A stretch of 64,000 bases of DNA from Tubiluchus corallicola (Eukaryota > Animalia > Priapulida), in the NCBI GenBank assembly GCA_030141605.1, contig JAQGDQ010000333.1, positions 62,001 to 126,000 on the forward strand, given 5' to 3'. Below are positions 1 to 11,112 of the stretch, piece after piece. Under the pieces are notes generated by a model. That model was given only the letters and a program-made list of their open reading frames with translations, made no database searches and had not been told where the DNA came from. A program made the position numbers and the translations under genes. Within the stretch, counting starts at the first letter, position 1. Each line of letters begins with the position of its first letter.

Positions 1-2419
1 AATTGTATTCAATATGTACCCACAGCTGTTGTTTCAATATTTGGGTGGCTTTGCATGGCACCTGTACTGAAAAATTGAACAAATGTGATGGTGATTCAGT
101 TTGCTGTTCACAAGTGATTGATGGATCTGCACCCGTGAATGATATACAGCAGTTGTGGTCCTTAGACAGCATAGACAGCCCTACTGATGAGCTTCAGTGT
201 AGTGATTCTTTAATATGGCAGCACTTTTGAAATAATCTGCGCTTCGAAGTTGGGCGATATTGTGTTAAGCTTCCATGGAAAGTGGATCACCCACCACTAT
301 TAAATAATTGGAAGTCTGCTGAAATACAAAGGGGTAAATTAGAATCTAAATTGAGTCCAGAATTGCATGTGCAATATGATTCAGAGATAAAATCTATGAT
401 TCAGTTGGGTTTTGTAAAACCAGTGTCACCTTGTGATGATTTGGAAGATGGTGCAGTATACTATTTGCCTCATCGACCTGTGATTCGTGAAGACAAGGAA
501 ACAACAAAGATTCGACCTGTTTTTAATGCAAGTGCTATGGGTCCTAATGGTGTGTCTTTAATTACGCATCTTGAGATCGGTCCTAATTTATTGCCTCAGA
601 TACCGGGTATTATGTAGCAATTTCGTTCCAATCCAGTTGGTTTTTGCTGTGATTCAGAAAAAGCATTTTAATGATTGCAGTGTCTGGCAAAGATCAGAAT
701 GTTTTGCGATTTTTATGGCATGGTAGTGAATATAAATTTGTGAGGCTTCCGTGACAAAGCACTATATACTCAGTGTAACTGCATCTGTGTTTGACCCTTT
801 AGGAATGGTCTGTGGCATTTTGGTCTAGCTGGGAAATTTTAATTAAAATTCTCCAGGATCTGTGGAGAGGTGGCATAGGTTGGGATGCATGTATTGATGA
901 TAAGATATTGTTAAGGCAGTTTGATTCCTTTTGTATGCAACTTAGGCAACTGTCTGACCTTATCTTAATGTAGATAGTAATTACTCTGTACATGTGTTCT
1001 CTGATGCTTCTGTTTTAGGCTATTGTGCTGTATGTTATGTTCGATGCAAAACTGATGTGGTGTACAAATTTACTTTGTGCTTGCTAGAACTAGGTTGACC
1101 CTGTAAAGCAAATAACTCTGCCTCGCTTAGAACTTAATGCTTGTTTACTTGGTTCTAAACTTGTGAATCACTTAGGTTTTATGTTAGCAATGGAGAATAC
1201 ACAACTGTACCTTTGGACAGATTCAATGATAGCACTGCATTGGATGAATGGTGATTTATCTAAACGAGATTCTTACGTGAAATCCAGAGTGAAGAAAATT
1301 CGTGACTTGGGGAGCTCTCCAGGAAGCTTGGGGGTCGTGTGACTGGTGAGCAAAATCCAGCAGACTTGTGGACGAGACCAGTGACTGTAAATCAACTTCT
1401 TCTTTCTATGTGGCTCACAGGTCCTGCTTGGTTATACCTGTCTTGCGATAAGTGGCCTGGAAAGCCAGATTTATAGTATAATGCTGTGCACACTGTTGAT
1501 GTGAACTTTGCTTTAGAAGACTCCACTTTAGTGTACAGAATATCATACAAGTAACTTCCTTTAGCTCGTTTCGTAAATTGCATAGAGTGACAGCCTGGGT
1601 GATACGTTTTGTATCTAACTTGAGGAAACCAGCTAACGATAGACAGCTCATTGATGTGATCACTGCTGATGAATTGCATAATGCTGAGAGATTGTGGTGG
1701 CTTTCTGTACAACAGATTCATTATGCAACTGATTTAAACCATTTAGTTCAGGATAAACATGTGAAAAGGGATTCGAAGCTGTATTTACTTTATCCCCAAT
1801 TAGATTAAGCTGGAATAATGAGAATTGGTGGAAGACTTGGGTATGAGAATAAACTTCAGGTGATTCTTCCAGAGCGTTCATACATTGTTACTCTCTTGAT
1901 TCGCTTTTACCACGAAAATCATCTCCATGCTGGCGTGAATCAAACCCTACGTGCATTACGTGAGAAGTATTTGATTGTACACGGCAGGAAATTGGTATCA
2001 CGTGCACTCAGTGATTGTGTTTATATGCCGGAAGATTCATGCACGGCACTGCAACCAAATACCAGCCCCTCTTCCTTCTACTCGTACTACTTTTGAAGGG
2101 GCATTTGTGGTGCCTGGCCTTTTTTTATGCTGGACCATTTCATGTTGCTAAAGATGTGAAGTTGAAACTCGATTAAAAGGCGTATGTTGCGATTCTGACT
2201 TGTTCTACTACACGTGCTGTACATTTTGAACTGGTACGTGCTTAAAAGTGCGACCAGTGTCAAACTTTTCACTTTTTCCTCAGATCTCTTGACATCAGCA
2301 AGCTAGAATTTGACTTCACCAGCTAAGGATCGAGTGGCCTGGTTAATTTTGGCGGTGAGATCTTCACATCGCCTTTTTATTTGGAACTACTAAATCAAAA
2401 AATATTATTACATGTGGCT

Positions 2420-3110
2420 AATAAATAAAATGGCTAATATTACATGTGGGGCCCTTAAGGCTCAACCCTAGGACCCTTATTATTTTTACTTTATCTAAAT
2501 CAACCTGCTCTAGCCTTCAAATGTGCATGTTTGCAGATGATACAAACTTATTCATGCCAGCATCTAATATCAAAAATTTCGAAAACACTGTTAATGATCA
2601 AAATTGACACCTGGCTATATTAACAATATTAAAATAGATCGATCAAATGAAATTAAACATGTAGGAATCCACATTGATGACAAGTTAAGCTGGAACTCAT
2701 ACATTCAACACTTAACATATAAAATAAGTAATATTGCTGGCATACTCTTTAAACTTAGACACTACTTAAATGTTCCAACATCCAAATTAGTATACTTTAG
2801 TCTAGCATTCCCTTATTTACAGTGTGGAATACTTACATGGGAAAATGCCAAAAAACAACATTGCAAAAATCTTATTGTTTATCAAAATAAAATTGTTAAG
2901 GCTCTTTGCTTTGCTGGTCTCAGAGAACATGCAACTCCCCACTATAATCAATTGAAAATTTTAAAAATAATAGATATATATAAGCTAGAATTGGCCAATT
3001 TTTTTTAAATTCAAAAACAACATGCTGCCCCAACTGTTTAACAGATACACGAGCAAACCTTCCGCTTTACACAATTACGAAACTCGTTTTGCCTCACATA
3101 ATAGTATGAG
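2420..3110 (+). mobile_element. CR1/L2-group LINE fragment (RT core to C-terminus), degenerate
   Basis: Frameshifted GSTLGPLLFLLY and MFADDTNL (~2460-2550); ORF 2604-3008 KHVGIHIDDKLSWNSYI..LVYFSL..CGILTW..QNKIVK. Confidence 0.8.
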
Positions 3111-4599
3111 TGTAGTAGGATATAATGTTTTTCCATTAAGTTTTTCCATTATGTGTAAACTAAATTCACAATAATCTCAATTGATGCTACTCAAGTATTT
3201 CATTTATTTAAATACTAGATAAATTAAATACTAACTGCGATTGTGACTGCGATACTCGACTCTGTCCACCTATCAGAGGCGGGCACCTTTATGGAGTGAG
3301 TGACGTTCGTGACGTCAGTCTGGAATATAAGAACTACCGAATAGCATTGCAACCACCTCTAATGTAGTAGAACTGTATTCTAGTATGATTTTGTGTATGT
3401 CCCATACTTAGGCTGCATTAATAGCTTAAGTGAGCTAATCGCTTATGTTAATTGAATGAGTCATTAGTTAATTACTCATTAAGCAAATTTACCTACTACA
3501 ATAAAGTAAGTTGTGACTGTACATATATGAGCATGCACCTAGTTAGCTCTGGGTAGGGTCCCACCATATACCTGTCCTATATCTCCTTTACAAGAAAGTA
3601 AGTGATTGGTAATACGCTCAACTGAACAGGCTATCTGGCCAATGAATCGTCGTGTTAAAGGACAAGGTCATCCAGTTTTACCTGTTCTAGAAATTAAAAC
3701 CAGGTTCAGGACAGTGTGTAGAATGTGCTAGGACAGTGAAGTCGTCGAATATGGCTTCCGACGAACACTTATTAACAATCGAAGTCAAGACTTAATTACT
3801 GTGGCGACAGAAAGTGATTAAAAGGGCACAGACACACCAAAGGGTTAGGTGTTCGAGCCGTGAGGCGGAAACACCAATAAACTGGCTTTTATTCGTTATT
3901 AGACGTACTGCTGTAAACGGAAGTTCAGGAGATCCGGTGCAGAAACAACCAGGTTATGACCAGACGTAGTACCAATGGTAGTTCCGCCAGCTCCACGGGT
4001 CAGGACTCCACTGCACTCCAATAGGATTGGTGAAGTAACCAATTACGACTTCGGTACACCTGACAAGCATTGTAGGAGTGACCACGTAAGATTCCACCCC
4101 CTGCTGAGGTTTGGAAGAGTAACTGCTCAAGATTCCACGAAGTTCGCATAACCGGTTAGTCACGTTATTCCAGCTTCCAGAGTGATGGAGATCGTCAAAC
4201 GTTGGAACCCGACAGCTTCCGACTTCAGTCACTACAACTGATAAGTATGCTTACCTTACACCCTTCTCCTTCACCAGGGTTGGGGCTAACTAGTCTTCTG
4301 TTTATCGTAGGTTAACTAGAAACGTTGTTTGTAATTATAACAAGTTTGTTGTTGTTTTGGTTTAAAGTAAATTGTTCTTAGTTCTTATTCTCTCATTAAA
4401 CACAGAATTTATCGGTAATATTAAAAACTGTCTTGTTTGGTTCTATCTGGAATACATGTCTGTGAACCATGCTTAAATGGAAAGATTCACTGAACCCACA
4501 TGTCAGCACATATCGGAAATTAATAGCAAAAAAGTGTTTGTGGTGTCGTAACGAAAGCGTCCTATATCATAGGTGGTACACCACATATAACAGAGTGCA

Positions 4600-4826
4600 A
4601 AGTCTATTTTTCTATAACGCTGATCTTTTAGTTGTGTTTTCCCAGTTTGATGTCTTCATCCTGTATTCTATGCATTCGTTCACTAGATTTCTGATTTCTA
4701 GCAATCCTTCCTTTTCACTGTTCATTAATATATCTGAGTTCAAATTTTTTCCATTTTCCATATCTACCACATTTAAGCATATGTTCAGTAGTATCATCAT
4801 CTTCCCCACACACTGGGCATTTTATA
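4600..4826 (-). mobile_element. 3' end of a 5'-truncated non-LTR retrotransposon (C-terminal CCHC finger)
   Basis: Minus-strand IKCPVCGEDDDTTEHMLKC (CX2CX8HX3C) joined to the Pao integrase at ~4820-4826; 3' boundary approximate. Confidence 0.6.
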
Positions 4827-7311
4827 ACACCTAAGGCGGCTTGGACAGGTGGCGTGTATGAACGTCTGAAAAGTTTGGTCAAAAAGGCGTTTAGAAAGAC
4901 TACAGATCGCCCCTTAACACCTGTGCAGCTAACTACTTTAATTACACAGGTAGAGTTTATGATAAATAATAGGCCCATTGTCTCTGTGGATGCAGATATT
5001 AATTCATCTGTTGCTCTTACACCATCCCATCTTATCAACTTGCAAGTTCTTGAATCTATACCTGATTTTGATTATGACGTTCAAGACTGCCTTACTGGTA
5101 AGAAAGTTTCAGCAAGGAATTTACTCAATGTTTGGAAGAAAGGCCAACTTTACCTCGAACGATTTTGGGACATCTGGCGATCAGAATAGCTTTCTAGTCT
5201 TCGTGAGCATCATCAAACTTTTGTTAAATAAGGGAAAGTAACTCTATCTGTCATTCTCCATGTAGGTAAGCACTGTATTGTGTTGCAGTGGGTGGACGTA
5301 TTTTTTCAGCTCCGCAATTTAAGTGAAATTTATTCGTGTAAAAGTTCGTGAGCTTGATGAAACAAATAGCAGCGTGTTCGGTAATGTGTGCTGCATGCAG
5401 TGGTAGTGATGAGACTTTATAATCTCAAATTATTTTTGAGATATCAATAAAAAACGTATGATAACTATATAATTTCTTTGTATTACATTTCTATCTGCTA
5501 ACTGGAAAACTTGTAAGACAACGACACTCGAGTAATTTGTAATCGCTCTATTGTGCAAAACTTGAACCTTTTGTAGCAGTGCAGGTTAGTATACCTGCTG
5601 TGTGATAGCTTGCATTGTGACTTAACAAGTCTTGTCAGAAATAGACTGGTTCACTTCCCCTATTTCCCCTATTCACTTCCCCATATTAAAATGTCCCATT
5701 GAATCTTTGCACAGCAGAATATAATTCTGTTTGTGTCTGCAGAGATATATCATACACCAACTCGTCCCACCTGCTCGAATGTGATCAATTGTACTGTCAA
5801 GTCAGTGGAAATAATGTGAATGAAAATGAATGGATATCAATATGTAAGTGACATTGAAAGTCATTGTAATTGATATTTATTAAGTACTGATATAAAAAAG
5901 TTCCAGTTCCCATTTTCGACAACAACAAATCAGTGATATTCTTAAATACATCATAATAGTATTGAAGTCACAATGACATCATAGGTGAAAAATGACAACA
6001 TTTTTGGAATCCTCTGGTGCATTTTCCTATCAATCAGTAATACATAATTTTCACCTGAGCTCAGTGGTTTAATCGTTTAAGAGATATAACAGATTTTTAG
6101 CTCCTTCAGGAATCGTCTTGAATTTATGCATATATCTCAAAAGTACCAAACTCAATTTTGGCTGATTTTTATTGATGGTACTAAAGCCACATTCTTATAG
6201 AATCCATTGAGAAATATTCTGTTACAATTTGTTCTAGAGTACTTGTTATCTGCCTATTAGAAGAAATCAACGAAGAATGTGTCCAAGTGTCTGGCGCGCA
6301 AACTGCTGTGACCAAGTTGCCTGTTCCTTAGCTAACATCTCTTCGCTGATCATAAATTTCCTTGCAACAATGGATATGCCGAGAACTATGCCAGTATGGC
6401 ATATCTTGAGGCAAAGTGTTTTTTACCCAATTAGTATCGTAAGCATTCAACCAAACAATTGTCATTCAAAGTCTACAGTACAGCTTGTGTACAACTAGCC
6501 ATGTAATTAGCTGAATTAGGCTTCCTTTGTGTGCGTGTGTATAATAACTTTTCTGTGCCAAAGTCTAGCTAGATAGCCAGATGTCACATAGCGCTGACAA
6601 TTGCTATGTTTCTCCCTTGATCCATTCATTATTGAGGATGACCATGAGCACGATAATTTAGTATGACTAAAGTCTATCCGTATTGCACTTAATGTATAAC
6701 GTATTGGTGTGCGTGCGTGCAACCGTGACCGTGTCTTGTGTTGTTAACAAGCTCTGCAGATTTTGCTAATTTTATAAAGTAATTTTATGTTTAACATGAT
6801 AAAAGTGATACCATTTTGTGTGTAAATATCTAGAAGGTAATAAACGTTTGCACTTATACAGTTGGATTTAGATATTAAAAGTGAAAAATTGTTGAAATTC
6901 TTCAAGTTCTATTGCAAATCGACAATTCATGGTCACCGTACCTAGTTGAGGCTATTGTGTCATTGATTAGACCTTAATTGGTCTATTCACCTGTCAACAA
7001 GAACATTCAGGTAGATAGCAATGCAAACTGGTCCTACAATGGGAGAAAGGAAAAGCTGCGCTCTATGTAGATATGAGGATACATATATTTGGATACGTTG
7101 CATGCTGCAGATGAGTGAGAACATTTCTTTTATTGTTTTTACAAAGTACTTTTGCTAATTTTTGCTTTTGAAAACTTTGAAGGTATAATAGACTGGTTAC
7201 CATTTGCAACGTATTTCCCATATACCCGCATATACTAAGGTCACGCTGAAATAATATAGAAATAGACTGGTTCACTTCCCCTATTTCTGATACCTGCATT
7301 ATTTGTTGAAT

Positions 7312-8070
7312 ATGTCTGACAAACCGAAGAGTATCGATGAGCTGTGTGCATGTGACCGTAAGAAGCTGAAAGCCATTACGAAGGACGATATGATAGAAAT
7401 CATACTGGCTGCCCCCCCTTCGGCCGCTTCTGGTGGTGCCGATTCAGCTGTGTTGAAACGCCTGGATGAACTATCTAATAATATTAACTCTAAATTTCAA
7501 AATCTGGAGGAAAAATTGTCCCAAAAGATTGAAGACAAACATTCTGAATTAAAGACTGAAGTGAATGTCTTGCGTCAAGTTGTTAAAAATCAACAACGGT
7601 TTTTGGAGCAGGTTGACGGTCATCTCCGAAACCAGAACTTAATTATGATGGGCTTAAGTGAAAATGAGGATATCGATGGTGCTAATTCCGACGATGATAA
7701 GATAAGGAAAATTCTTGATGTAGTGGATGTGGAAGCTGCTGTCGTCTCATACAAGAGACTCGGTACAGCTACGAATGGCCGTGATCGTCCTGTGTTGGTC
7801 ATTGTTGAAAATCATGACCAAAGGGACAATGTCGTGAAGAATGCTAATAAGCTTCAATCGTCTGCCAATGCTGCTGTGAAAAAAGTCAGAGTGAAGCGAG
7901 ACACCCACCCTGCAGTTCGTGCCGAATGGAAGCGGCTATTTGACGCTGAGAAGTGCGAACGTGACAAACCTGAAAACCGGGGATGCCATATTGAGTTTGA
8001 CAAGAAAAAGCGTGAGATCACCCGGGACGGTGTTGTTATTGATAGTTGGCAACCAAGGTCTTTTTTGTAA
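7312..8070 (+). CDS. LINE ORF1 protein (coiled coil plus RRM-like RNA-binding domain)
   Basis: ATG at 7312; heptad-rich segment followed by RNQNLIMMGLSE..RLG..RPVLV, typical of LINE ORF1 RRMs; lies directly upstream of ORF2. Confidence 0.85.
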   Translation: MSDKPKSIDELCACDRKKLKAITKDDMIEIILAAPPSAASGGADSAVLKRLDELSNNINSKFQNLEEKLSQKIEDKHSELKTEVNVLRQVVKNQQRFLEQVDGHLRNQNLIMMGLSENEDIDGANSDDDKIRKILDVVDVEAAVVSYKRLGTATNGRDRPVLVIVENHDQRDNVVKNANKLQSSANAAVKKVRVKRDTHPAVRAEWKRLFDAEKCERDKPENRGCHIEFDKKKREITRDGVVIDSWQPRSFL

Positions 8071-11000
8071 ACAATCGAGATAGTTGCACTGAACTCCGTA
8101 TTACACATTGGAACATTAATGCCGTGAAAAATAAACTGGAGATCGACTTGGTTCGCCAAAGTTTATGTAAATCTGATATGATATTCTTAAATGAAATCAA
8201 AACTCCGTTGAAGTTCACAATGCCTGGGTATAAAACTCTCCGAACTAATCAAGCAGCTGGTCACCGTGGTGGTTGTGCTATACTGATTTCAAATGTGCTA
8301 GCCTCTTCGATTCAATCGGTCGAATTTGGTTCCGATGTTATTGTGCTACGCCTCAATAATATACCTGGTATTGTTTTTGTATGTGTTTATCTCACGCCAT
8401 CTGACTCTCATTACCACTCACTTGAATGCTTAGCAAAAATCAACGAAGTTATGATGTCCAACCCTCATGATCAATTTGTGATACTTGGTGATTTGAATGC
8501 CCGTTACGGGCCTGCTATTAACAAATTTTTACGTAATGTTAGTGACAGTGGTGCACGATATCTTGCTTCCGAGGATTCGATTGGATCCCCGAATGAAAAT
8601 GCCAAAGTTGTTTATAATTCTTTTAACTCTTTAATCGTTGTAAATAACATTCAGTATAAAGGCAGAACATTTAAAAGTAATCTAATGTATAGAAAACGTG
8701 AGAATTGGATTTCTGAATTAGACTATTGTCTTATTTCTCCTGCACTAATCGATAGTGTTGTCAATTTCACTGTCAATCAAGACTTACGATTACCTTCGAA
8801 TCATGCCCCTCTGTCTGTGATTTTTGATATCAACATGTTATCTCGTGGAGCCTTACCTCACAATCTTCTTATCAGATCCGAAGCCTTAGGTGCTCATGCA
8901 GCTGAAGTTAAAACTCCATACCGCAAACATTGTAGCCGTCAGATCCGTATTGCTGAAACAGACTGTGTCGAATTTCAGAGAGTGATGTCTTCAGTTGAAC
9001 CTCCTGATGATGTGGATGATGTAAATAGTTGTGTTACTGATATTAATAATGTTTTCCGTGATAAACTGATTAGATGTAAAGCTCCGAATCGTCTCATCAA
9101 TCGTTATCAGCCGACGGATCGTTGGCGCCGTATGCTCGAGCTCAATGATTCTAAGGAAATATGGAATGCCACAGACTGGAAAGGAAACACGATTGAATCT
9201 GAATCCTTTGAATCTCCAACTAGAGAAGAATTCAAACGTCATTTTCGAGGATCTTCTCAACCCAGATCGTGATGGTCCAGAGGACTTATTATCACTGTGC
9301 GATGGTCCAAGTATCCCTATCGCAGATGATCCGATCGCTTTCGATGAGTTTGTTTCTGCTGCTTCCGAATGTAAATCAAGTAGTAGTGGTGGACCCTCTG
9401 GTATTCCTGGTGCTGTGTTCAATTTTATCCCAGATAATTGGATTAATTACCTGTGTTTTGTTCTGAATTTCATATTCTTTTCGCGATCTTTCCCGATTCC
9501 GTGGTGCTTTAGCCGCCTTGTTACTATTTTTAAGAGAGGATCTCGTAAGGACTGCGATAATTACAGCGGTTTGTCAATCATGGATTCCCTTGCGAAAATA
9601 TACGATCGAATTTTGTGCAAACGTTTAGAGATGTGGTTCAAACCCGATAGGGAGCAGGCTGGCGCCCAAAAGGGTAGATCCTGCATTGAGTGGATTGTGA
9701 CTCTAAGACTATTAATGGACTATGCACTGTTTAAAAAGAAGAAATTATATATCGTTTTCGTAGACTTCTCGAAAGCTTACGATAGAGTTCCACGTTCTGG
9801 TTTGATTAGGGCCTTGAGAGCTCTTGGCTGTGGTCTTGTGATGCTTTCTGCTCTTGCTGCCATGTATGTGAATACGCAGCTGGTCCTTGGTGCTGCCGTT
9901 ATTGGTGTTACATTAGGTGTGAAGCAGGGTTCTCCGTCATCCTGTTTCCTCTTCACACTGTATATTAACCCTCTTATTCGTGAATTAAAGTCTAGATGTG
10001 GTCTCGATGGTTTCCTAGGAAATTTACACTGTTTGATGTTGATGGATGATACAATCTTATTGTCAACATCTAGAGAAGGTATTATTCAAAAACTCAGTAT
10101 CCTTATTGAGTTCTGTGATCAATCCGGTATGAAGGTGAACTTAAAAAAGACTAAATTTATGGTTATTAATGGCGATGCTGTTGATCGTCTGGACCTCGTA
10201 GTGAACCCCCTTACTGTTAATCACTGTGACTATTACGTTTACCTCGGTGCTGTCTTTAGCTCAACAGGAAAATTTAAACCCGCTCTGGAAAAACACTGCG
10301 AAGACAAATATTGTCACGTACTGAAGTTCGTGTCATTTATTTCTAAGAATTCAGCTTATCCTTTTGCAGTTAAGAAGTTAGTTTTAAATGCCGCGCTACT
10401 TGCTGCAATTACTTACGGATGTGAGTCTTGGCTATGCAATGTCCTTAATCCTATTCAAGGGATGTATATTAGTGTTATTAAATGTTTACTCGGTGTGCGA
10501 CGTACAACTGCTAATGATTTGTGTCTCATAGAGTTGGGCCTTCCCTCCCTGAATGGTTTTGTGAAGGACACCCAATCTCGCTTTTTCAATAAGATTGTTC
10601 GCTCAAGAGTGAATATTCCTGATGATCCGTTTATGATTGTTTACAATTTGTGTCGCGAGTCAAACACCCCATGTGCTCGATATTTGCGTAATATAACTGG
10701 ATACCGTGGTGATTTTATCGATGATGACCTGAATAGAATCAAAGATAGGACCCGCGCTTCTGACCGTACGAAATTTGTCACATACTTACAACTAAACCCT
10801 GAACTCTCTATCCATCGAATTTACTGTGACAATGTTAATGAACTGAAACGGATAAAAACGTCAAGGCTCAGACTTTCCTCACACAACCTTGCCATAGAAA
10901 CCGGTCGTTGGTCCCGTATTGAAAGAGAGCGAAGACTCTGTTCATGTGGACAAATCCAAACAGAACTGCACGTAATATGTGAATGCCCTGAAACACGTAT

Positions 11001-11112
11001 CTTAAGAAACAATTCCGATTTAATATTTGATGATTTAGTGACTTTTTTCAGCGGAAATCCCGCTGATATTTGTAATTTTGTACACGATGCTCTAGCCATT
11101 TTTGGTCTCTAA
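8046..11112 (+). pseudogene. LINE ORF2 (AP endonuclease, reverse transcriptase, C-terminal CCHC) with one frameshift at ~9242-9246
   Basis: APE motifs HWNINA, LNEIK, LGDLNAR, LDY, SNH (canonical SDH); RT motifs EQAGAQKGRSC, FVDFSKAYDRV, GVKQGSPSSCFLFTLYI, LMDD, YLG; tail RLSSHNLAIETGRW..CSCG..ELHVICEC. Confidence 0.92.

Noticed and set aside
3111-4456. Possible solo LTR (TGTAGT..AATACA, TATA- and polyA-like motifs)
   Set aside because: No matching TSD or second copy in the window; left unassigned
5267-5400. Looked for a 5' ribozyme in the 6-kb LINE
   Set aside because: No HDV or hammerhead pairing found by eye
8991-11099. Antisense ORFs over the LINE (8991-9422, 10821-11099)
   Set aside because: Shadow frames of a long coding sequence; no motifs
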